From: the human T2T-CHM13v2.0 reference genome, Homo sapiens
Direction: 5' to 3' (one strand)
Assembly: GCF_009914755.1 (NCBI RefSeq)
Contig: NC_060928.1
DNA length: 64,000 bases
Within the stretch, counting starts at the first letter, position 1, and each line of letters opens with the position of its first letter. The position numbers and the translations under genes are program-made. This document shows, piece by piece, positions 43,180 through 53,686 of the stretch. A model generated the notes under the pieces. The model was not told where the DNA came from, searched no databases, and saw only the letters and a list, made by a program, of their open reading frames with translations.

Positions 43180-44607
43180 CAAAGCTTTAAATACAAGTGC
43201 TGAACACTCTCAAATTTATATTTGTATCCCAGACTTCTCTAAAATTCAAGTTCTAAAATCCAGTTGGTTACTTTATGTCTCCACTTGGAAACAAGTCTTG
43301 AAGCAGTACTCATATAGCAAGCAGACTATGTTCTCTTATATTGTTTTTCCGTTTATTCATTTCTCAATGATGTCCCATTTAGACATCTCAAAATTAATGT
43401 TCAAATTTGAGTTTCTGACATTCTCTTCAAAACTCAATCTTTTTAGAGTCTTCCAAATCTCAGAGAATAGCAACTCTGTCCTTCCCATTGCTCAGGTCCC
43501 CAAACTTGCAGTCATTCTCCCTCTCACATCCTAATATCCAATCCATCAGCAAATCCTATTGGTTCTGCCTTCCAGAATCTGACCACATCTCACCACCTAC
43601 ACATGCATCAGTGCACGTAGAACCAAGCCACCCTCTATCTTTCCTAGATTATCACATAGCTTTCTAAATGGTCTCCTTGCTTCTCTCCTTGTCTTACTGT
43701 GATCCATTCTCCACAAAGCGAACACAGTGGTCCTGTTAGGTCAGGAAGTTGTATTGTCTTTTCTCTGTGCAAAACTCTCTCACAGCTTCCTATCTCAGGT
43801 AGAGCAAAAGCAAAGTACTATGGCTGATGGGCCTGTGCTACCTCCTAACTTCTCTCTCCCTTACATGGCTCTAGTTACACTAGCCTCTTCACTTCCTTCA
43901 AATATACCTAACTATATCCCCACCTCAAGGCCTTTGTAACTGCTCATTCTGCCTGGGATATTCTTCCCTTAATAAATCCTCATGGCTTGCTTCTGCATTT
44001 CCTTCAGGTCTTTACTTACATGCCACCTTCTAAGTGAGGCCTTCCTTGGTCATCCTATCTAAATCACAATCTCTCCCCAAACAATGCTGCCTGGCTTCTC
44101 TACTATTTTTTCTTAGTATAATACTTCTTATTCTCTAACATACAGTACACTTCACTAGTTTTTCTTGTCCAGTGCCTGTTTCTCCCACTAGAAGATAAGC
44201 TCCATCAGAATGGAAAGTTTTAAAATTGTACTTACTTTTTTTTTTTTTTGAGATGGAGTTTCGCGTTTCGCTCTTGTTGCCCAGGCTGGAGTGCAATGGC
44301 ACGATCTTGGCTCACCGCAACATCCGCTTCCTGGGTTTAAGCGATTCTCCTGCCTGGGATTACAGGCATGTGCCACCACGCCCGGCTAATTTTGTACTTT
44401 TAGCAGAGGCAGGGTTTCTCTATGTTAGTCAGGCTGGTCTCAAACTCCCGATCTCAGGTGATCCGCCTCCCTCAGCCTCCCAAAGTGCTTGGATTACAGG
44501 CGTGAGCCACCGTGCCCGGCCCAAAACTGTACTTACCTCTCAACACCTAGAGCTGTCATGTACCTGGTATATGACAGTTGCTTAATAAATACTTATTGAA
44601 TGAATAC
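43180..44607 (+). mobile_element. L2 LINE (sense), interrupted by a 75-bp insert and an Alu
   Basis: caaatttatatt, tctccacttgga, atccaatccatcagcaaatcc, cccacctcaaggccttt, terminal ttaataaatacttattgaatgaat. Confidence 0.8.
44236..44522 (-). mobile_element. AluSp-like with 17-bp internal deletion
   Basis: gtttcgctcttgttgccc, gtcaggctggtc; lacks cagcctcccgagtagct; TSD aaaa(t/c)tgtacttac at 44222-44235 and 44523-44536. Confidence 0.93.
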
Positions 44608-45198
44608 ACTGAGAAAAAGTAGAGGAGGAAAACCAGGAGTATATATTCTTTTGGACTCAAGGAATAAAATGTTTCAAGTAAAATGAAATATTGATGATGC
44701 ATTTTTAACTTAAAATGTTCATGTTTATTTTGAGAGGTAATGAAGCTTTGTTTTTGGAGCATGTACGCCATTTCAGTTTCAAGAGGACTAATATAAAATA
44801 ACGGAGCTAAAGGTCTCAAAACCACCATCCCTTCTTGCCCTACCACTGCAGATCAGGGAATCAGGTGATAAGAATGAAGAATGGATGATTGAGCCAAGAG
44901 TGAGAGAAAAAACTAATATACATTGCATTCCTGCTATATGCCAAGCGTTATGCTGCATTATCCAACAAATATTGCCACATGCCTACCATATACCAGAACT
45001 ATTTTAAACACCGGGGTTACAAAGTGACTCCATCTACTAAAGAATAAAACATTAGAGCACTGGTTCTCTCCACTAATCAACCATCATAGCCTTGGAAGTG
45101 AACTACCCCAAATCTCGCATCGTCAGAATTATTACTGTTTTATACACCAGTGTTTGTTTCTCTTTTATCTCTAAGTATGTTCAAGTTTCTGCTTCTGA

Positions 45199-45232
45199 AA
45201 CACACACACACATACACACACACACACACACA
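45199..45232. repeat. (CA)n microsatellite
   Basis: acacacacacacatacacacacacacacacaca. Confidence 0.9.
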
Positions 45233-46057
45233 AACTCACATATGCTTGTAGAACTTGCTTTCCCTTCTAGAAATTGAACTCTCTCTCTCTCCTCAGTTCA
45301 CAGCCAGTCCTTTCAAATACATAGTTGCCATTTGCCGCATGCACTTCCCATCCACTCATTCTTATCTTAAATCCCTTCTATTTGGATTCTGTTACCACCA
45401 CATTACAGAAGTGTCTCTAAATTCTGCCGATGACCTACTTCTTGCCAAATCAAGTGACCTTTTCTCATGTGTCTTTCTCTGTGACTTTTGTGCAGATCTT
45501 GGCAGTGCCTAAAAATTCTCTTTTCTTTTGAACTTTGCTCTTCCATTTCTGTTCCAGTGTCTTTCTTTTTCTTATTCATTCATTCATTTATTCAACAAAC
45601 TTACTAGGCGCTGAATGTTTTACTCTCAAATTGCAGCATACTTTAATGGGAAAAAGCAGGTGGATTTGGATTCTAGCAAACTACCTGGAAAACCAATGGA
45701 TTAGTGGAAGTTTGGATGGTAAGCATAAAATTAGAATAAAGAGATTTATACAACTCATATTTTGTAAATGATATCAGGTTCTAATTCATCAATATATCAT
45801 GCCCATATTAGTATACGCTTATCAAATATTCCAGGTTCTTCACTGTTTATTGCTGGGTGCCTTATTTCTCAGCAATCTCTCCTCTGAGCTACACAAGCTT
45901 TATTTATATTAATAATATCACAAATCAAGTTACATCAATATCTTTCTCAGTTAAGGAACCATTCTATTTTTTCTCTGTGTGTGACCTTTAACATGTGACT
46001 TAATCTCTCACTGCCTCATCTGCAAATGGGGTTTAAGCCATTTTTATTTAAGGTGAC

Positions 46058-46417
46058 TGATATTGTTTGGCTGTGTCCCCACCCAAATCTCATCTTGAAT
46101 TGTAGCTCCCATAATTCCCATGTGTTGTGGGAGGGACCCGGTGGAAATAATTGAATCATGGGGACAGCTTCCCCCATACTGTTCTCATGGTAGTGAATAA
46201 ATCTCATGAGATCTAATGATTTTATAAGAGGCTTCCCCTTCTGTGTGGCTCCCATTCTCTCTTACCTGCCACCATGTAAGACATCCCTTGCTCTTCTACC
46301 ATGAGTGTGAGGTCTCCCCAGCCACGTGGAACTGTGAGTCCGTTAAACCTCTTTTTCTTTATAAATTACCCAGTCTCTGGTATGTCTTTATCAGCAGCAT
46401 GAGAATAGACTAATACA
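46058..46417 (+). mobile_element. THE1 (THE1B-like) solo LTR
   Basis: TG...CA termini, tgatattgtttggctgtgtccccacccaaatctc start, gactaataca end; 5-bp TSD gtgac at 46053-46057 and 46418-46422. Confidence 0.95.
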
Positions 46418-46671
46418 GTGACTTTACATATTTTGATAACATCTTTTCATAATTTTATGCGAAAGTTAAAGTTTTTCATGCTAATAACAATAATGGCTAA
46501 CATTTGTTACTCAATATATACCAGGCATTATGATAAGTACTAAGCAATGCAACAGCCTTGGACTGTTAATAATGTGCTTGTTCGTCTTTTATAGTCATGC
46601 TGCAGATGCTCTGGCATGTGATACATTGCTGTGAGATCTAGGCTCTGTGAGTAAATTTCTTGACTATATAC

Positions 46672-47343
<672 letters not shown>

Positions 47344-50300
47344 TTATTGAACTTTTTAACTTAATTAGTTCATGCTAAATTTGTATGTAAGAGAAGGACG
47401 AGATTTTCTTGCAGGTGAGAAAACTTAAAAAGTTTCAGTATTTTGAATCTGTACTATATAGGAAAACTATAGCCTGGCTCTAATTGTGAAAGGAAATGTG
47501 ACAAAGTTCTGGATAAGTGTTGGGATTATGCAAGCAAAGGAAAAAAGTGACTTGCGGTTTGCTTTGGCAGCTTGTTTCTTAATATTCCTGTATTTGAAAC
47601 TTTCTTTCCAAGTTCCCAACCCTATTACATTAGCTCATGTCCTCGACAAGCTGGTCATCAGCCTCTGCTTATCCCTTCTTCTTCCCAGCTTATCTTAAGG
47701 CTCGATTTAAGAGCTTAGAAGGAAATACTTCGGTAAAAGAAATAAATTTACAAAGAAAGACAGGTATAACATGGGGCTTTCATATGAACAAATTATTTGG
47801 ATGGAGTTAGATTTAATTCTCATTGTTGGCAGCGAAGGTGGTAAGTGTGTTTGTGATGGTGTGGTACATGGGCCAGGAAAGGAAGGAGAGGTCTGCACAG
47901 CAAATGGCTTCCATTTGTTTATGTTAGGCATTTTAATCACTTTAGTATTTGCACAGCTGAAGGAAAGGAAAGCACCCTGAGAATAGACATCATGAGGAAC
48001 TCTAGAAGTTTGCAAACAAGAAAAACATGAGTTGGAAAAGAGCCACAAATATTATAAGTAAAAAGCACCTCACCCCAAATAAACCTAATATTAGGATGTT
48101 AAATTCCAGAGGAAATTAGTAAGGAGAATTTTCTGACAATTCTCAACTCTGCTTCATTTTTGTTATATAGATATCAATGCAGAGGTATTTAGAGAAGATG
48201 AAGGAAACAGAGATGTCTGCACAATATGGTGAAAAAAACAAAAGCCTTCAGATCAGACAGAACCAATTTGTAATTCCGTCTCTGTAACATACAAGTATGA
48301 CGCTTTGGGGGTTTTACTTACTCTCTCAGAACTTCAGTTTTCTTATCTGTAAAACAGGGCTAACCGTGCCTAGCAAACATTAACTGAATAGTGGTTGGAA
48401 TTTTTCCTCTTAACACTCTTGTTACCCTTAGGCCTTTATGGTAATGAGACCAGTTGAAAACTCATCTGTCTTTTTTGTACTGTCCCACATTAGCTGGTAG
48501 AATGATTACCCCGTCAATGCCTATTCCTATTCTGCCCTTGCTATGGCCTGCTAAGGAGGTCAGTTATAGGCTGGATCCTCCTCAGTGTAGGAAAATAGAA
48601 ACCATGGAAGACACAGCAGGCCAATTATGCATCAAGAATGAAGCACAGAGTATTTTGCACAAACCGAAGGCCATGCTTCCATAGACAATCTCACCAAAGG
48701 TGAGTTGTTTACACCACCTTTGTTATATTTTCAAACAGATTCCTTCCTCCCAGAGTTAGCACTGTAACTGAGGCCCTGAAGGCTGGTAAAGAACTGATTG
48801 TCCCCTCAGACTGGTCACTCAACACTGGTCTGGCAGCTGTCCTGTTTGGGTTATGTGTGCCTCAGTCCAGAGCCGAGCCTCAATAATGGCAATGTTTTGT
48901 CTGCCCACCTAGCAAACGGTGAGTTCCCACATTCTGCCTACCTCCCCAATCCTCCCCTAATCTCTAACTGCCCACAGCCACCTAATATAGACTGTCAATT
49001 GGACAAGAGAAACACAGAATTAAAAAACAAGTGCTCAATTAGAGGAAGGTCGATGTAGACTTTGTTTACCAGTTGGCTAAAGTGCTCATGTTTACCACTG
49101 GCTGAATAAGGTTGCCTTTCATGAGTCCTCATGATGTGGATTTTTGTTAGGTAGCAATATAGCAATAAAAGTCACTTTATTTAATCTTTTTTTCTCTTTT
49201 GGCAAGTGGTGAAGGAGTTGGAAATGCAACTGTGGCCAGCCCCGGCAGTGGAAATAGTTTGGTTATAGAGGTGTTGAAAATCTCTGTCAAAAACTTCTTT
49301 CTCACTAGCCTCCTAAGGCACAAGTTTCTGCCATTAGAATCCTATTATTTTGCCTGTAAGAAAAGATTGTATCTTCTGTCTTTAGCACCAGTTATTTTAA
49401 AATACTTCGGGCCTTGAAAGAAAGATAAAGTACTACTCTGCTTAAACTGGGGTGAAGGAGAAGCTTCAAGGGAAGGAATGAGTAGTAGGGCAAGGGTAGG
49501 AATCGAGTCTCTGGGGGTAGGAGACATCCTTTTCTAGTCTATAGTGTGTGTGTGTGGTCATGGGGTGGGAGGGTGTGAGCTGAGGACAAACGATGATCTC
49601 AGTATGACGAATTTGGGCTGAATTTTAATTTTGTCTAGTACCAGATCTCTGTGCAGATGAAATAGAAATCGATTAACTGTGACTTGATTTAAAATTAAAA
49701 GGCATTGGCTTTCAGTATGGACCACCTGAAAATGCTTTGTAAATAACCATTAAAGTTCTGTTTAAAGTTCACCATTTGTGCTGTGAAGCACATGGATAGC
49801 ATATCCCATCTTAAGACTGCAACATCAGTGACTTGTTCTTTCTTCTTTTTCAGAACAGATAATAACTCAGAGACCAGAATGAACTTATAAAATAAGGCAA
49901 GAGAATTTTAAGTACAATCTATTTGAAAAATAGACAAAAAGGTGTAAGACCTTATATTCACTAAAACTTTTACAATCTTTTAAAATACAGTATCTATTTT
50001 CATTTTGGAAACCAAAATTAATATAACAATTATTATCTGTTGAGGACACCATTTCAACCTTTAGAACTGTATGTAACATAAAGTTGGAAACATATGAAGA
50101 TGATCAAATAGGAAAACCAGAACTCTCTTAATCTTTGGTTTTTTTAACTGAATAATGCAGTTGATTACTCTAAAATTCTAAATCCTACCATATTGCAGAA
50201 ATAATAATAGCAAAAGGAAAAAAATCATTTATTAAATTTTTACTAAGTATAAGGAATTTCTAAATTGTCCCATGTAAAATGTCCATGACTTTATGTGATA

Positions 50301-50558
50301 GATACTGTAATCACCATTTTACAGATGAGAAAACAGAGTTTAAAAGACTTGTCTAATAGCATACTATGGTAAAGGCTACAGCCAGGAACATACGGGCACT
50401 CAAGGGATTTTGAGAGGGAATTTAAATTTATTTGCTTTGGCAAAATTGTTTCTCATTTGATACCTAATTATACTTTCAATGCAAATGGTTTGTTTAGAAA
50501 CAATTGCAATAGGTTAGCTAGATTAGCTTAAACCTGCTATCTACAACCTTTAGCTTTC

Positions 50559-50847
50559 TCTTTTTTTTTTTTTTTAAACAAGGTCTGGTCTTGCCCGGGC
50601 TGGAGTGCGGTGGCTTGATCATGGATTACTGCAAACTCTACCTCCTGGACTCAAGCAATCTTCCCACCCCAGCCTTTGGAGTAGCTGAGATTATAGGTGC
50701 ATGCCACTCACCTGGCTAATTTTTGGGTTTTTTGTTTTTGTTTTTGCTTTTTTGGTAGAGGCAGAGTTTTGCTAGCTGGCCTAGGCTGGTCTCAAACTCC
50801 TGGGCTCAAGCGATCCACCCACCTTGGCCTCCCAAAGTGCTGTGATT
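50559..50847 (-). mobile_element. AluJ, slightly 5'-truncated
   Basis: AluJ-type ctcctgggctcaagcgatccaccc; 17-bp TSD tacaacctt(t/a)a(g/a)ctttc at 50542-50558 and 50848-50864. Confidence 0.9.
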
Positions 50848-51292
50848 TACAACCTTAAACTTTCAATCCTATGATCAGGCACCAAAATGTATAACCGATT
50901 TCAATCTTATAAAATACAATTCCTCCCACAAATAGCCACCACCTTTGTACATTCAAGCGACTGTTCATTTGAATTCCAAACTCATGCCAAACCTTTAATG
51001 CATTCTGCAGTTAATCTCCAACCTACTCATTTATTCATTCATTCAATGAATATTGAGTGCTTACCATATGCCAGATACAATTCCAACTGCTGAAGATACA
51101 AAGCCCAAGCCATTATAGGATTCATAGTTTAGTAGAAAAAAGAGATATCACATAAATAGATGCAACCTCTACCTCCTGGACTCAAGCAATCTTCCCACCC
51201 CAGCCTTCAGAGTAGCTGGGATTACAGGTGCTAGTAAAACTGTTGAGGACGCCATTTCAACCTTTAGAATTGTACATAACATAAACTTTTGC

Positions 51293-51370
<78 letters not shown>
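51293..51370. repeat. (GATA)n tetranucleotide microsatellite
   Basis: ~19 TAGA units with one GAT interruption. Confidence 0.97.
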
Positions 51371-51371
<1 letters not shown>

Positions 51372-51375
51372 ATAA

Positions 51376-51880
51376 TGTTGGCATGTTCTTAGTGAAAAAA
51401 CTGAGTTGTCACTCAGCAACAATTATTTCTTTGTTAGTAAGTTATGTATGAATTTTAATTGGGCTCATGACCACCTAGAATAGAAGCTACACTTCCCAAC
51501 CTTTCTTGAGTTATGTACGGCTATATGGCTAAGTTCTGCCCAATGGGATGTAAACAGAAGTATGAACAAAATATCAGACATGTTCTGAAAAGAAGACAGT
51601 GTTCCCTTCTCATTTTTTTTTCTTTTTCCTGCTGGTTGAAATATATGCATGCTGACTGGAGCTGGGGCAGCCAATTAGGCCCAAGGGGTCTGCATTTTAG
51701 GGATAGTGGAGCAAAAAGTTAGAGGGTAACTGAGCCCTTGATAATTATGTCAGTCATGCAAACCCTCAATTACTTACTTCTAGACTAAGCTTACCTGTGA
51801 GAGAAACATCTTCCATCTTTTTACAGTTCTGTTTTGGGGGGGTTTCTGTCACTCCCATTTGACTTTTATCTTAACTAATA
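51376..51880 (+). mobile_element. MLT1-type MaLR LTR
   Basis: ctacacttcccaacc...ggctaagttctgcccaatgggatgtaaacagaagt...cttaactaata. Confidence 0.7.
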
Positions 51881-52839
51881 GAAAAATATAAAGAAAATGA
51901 AGCAGAGTAAGGGACTAGAGAGTGGCACAGTGTGATATTTTAGACAAGGTGATAAGGGAAGGATTTTATGAGGGATTGTTATCTGAGCAGAGTCCTGAAT
52001 GCATGACTGTGCCATGTGAGTAGAGGGAAAGTATGGAAGGGGGAAATAGTAAAAGGAATACAGTATCTATTTTCATTTTGGAAACCAAAATTAACATAAT
52101 GATTATCTGTTGAGGACACCATTTCAACCAGGGAAAGGGGGAAATAGTAAAAGGAAAGGGGGAAACAGTAAAAGGAAAAGCCCAGAGATGAGAGCACGTT
52201 TTTGTGTCCAGGGACCATCAAGGAGGCCAAACCTTTTGACAGGCAAACCTTTCAAATCTTGTCAGGCCTGCAAATGAAAATCCTTGACCCTAGACATTGT
52301 AAAGACTGGTCAACTTTGCAGGGACTGGTCTCTGTAGGCCCTTCAAAAAGCATGACCCAGTTATGAGTCTCAGCTTTTACCCAGCTTCATGGCTTATCCT
52401 CTAATGGTTCATTTCAAAATGCTTCCTGAGTTCACTATTCAAATACTACATACTTTTCTCAACCTAGCATGAGTTCTCACTACAGCTTAAGAACTGGCTC
52501 TATTGATCCACCCCACATTACTTCCTTTCTTCTTGAGTCTACATAGATATTACTGCCTATATTGTTCATTTTAATTATGAAAAATCTATCATTCTGTTCT
52601 GATTCATGCATGTGTCTCTTGCCACCTCAATTAACATGTAACATAAGAGCTAGATGTTTAAAAGTGTTTAAAATCCCTTTTGGCTACTATCTGTTCAACA
52701 GAAAGTGCTCACTAAAAACTTTCTACATGTCCAATGAACGTTTCATTTAACCATCTCACAAACTAGAAACACAATGGAGAGAGCCTAATCTTTCCCTGTT
52801 CCTCCCTTTCGCCAGGAAGATATGAGTAGCTAAAGTATT

Positions 52840-52915
52840 TGGTGCTATATATAGCCAGTTGATGTCAGCTGAATGCCAGTCTCTTCAGAAAAGCTCAGTC
52901 CCCAGTTTGAGTCAG
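52840..52915 (+). promoter_or_regulatory. MYOZ2 core promoter: overlapping MEF2/TATA element, two E-boxes, Inr, AP-1 site
   Basis: CTATATATAG at 52845-52854 (MEF2 consensus CTA(A/T)4TAG containing TATATA), CAGTTG 52856-52861, CAGCTG 52866-52871, Inr CCAGTCT 52876-52882, TGAGTCA 52908-52914. Confidence 0.8.
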
Positions 52916-53047
52916 AGTAGGGACCATGCTGTCCCAGGTTCAAGGATAAAAACCATCAGGCCCAAGTGCCATCCATAGTCCATCTCCAGAGTCTTCCTCC
53001 ACAAACTGGGATTCATCCCCGCTGAAAAAGCACAATCTAACAGCAAG
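52878..53047 (+). other. MYOZ2: MYOZ2 non-coding exon 1 (5'UTR); TSS inferred
   Basis: Ends at the consensus donor AAG|GTGAGT (GT at 53048), giving a 529-bp intron 1 (53048-53576) to the exon 2 acceptor. The start is inferred from the initiator-like CCAGTCT (A at 52878), ~30 bp downstream of TATATA. Confidence 0.8.
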
Positions 53048-53446
53048 GTGAGTATGTTGTTTCCTAAAATGTTTTATTAGTCAGTTGTCCAAGGATATTC
53101 AGAGTTGTGACTCATAAATGGGCATTCTCTGCTTTAAAGGGCAGCTGTTGCCAATATTAAAATGCTACCACCAAAGAATTCTGGTTTAGTCTAGTGTCTT
53201 CTTCATTCTTACAGTTTGCTGGAATTGATGGAGTGTGATGCTGGTACAAATGAAGGCCAGTGAGGAGACAATGACAGACTAAAATACTGTGGAGAAAAGA
53301 GAGGGAGGGGAAAGGAGACCAGCAATTTCATTGTTTCTCACTGCCTGATGATCATTGTATTAATGTCCAGACTGGGTCTCTGTTCACTGTGACATTGCCT
53401 GTCAATGAATAACATACTCTGTCACCAGATAAGGAATGCGTATTGA

Positions 53447-53686
<240 letters not shown>

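Noticed and set aside
52037-52175. Repeat-spacer-repeat layout superficially like a CRISPR array
   Set aside because: The DNA is eukaryotic, there is only one spacer, two of the repeats are adjacent and there are no cas genes. A templated insertion with local duplication explains it better.
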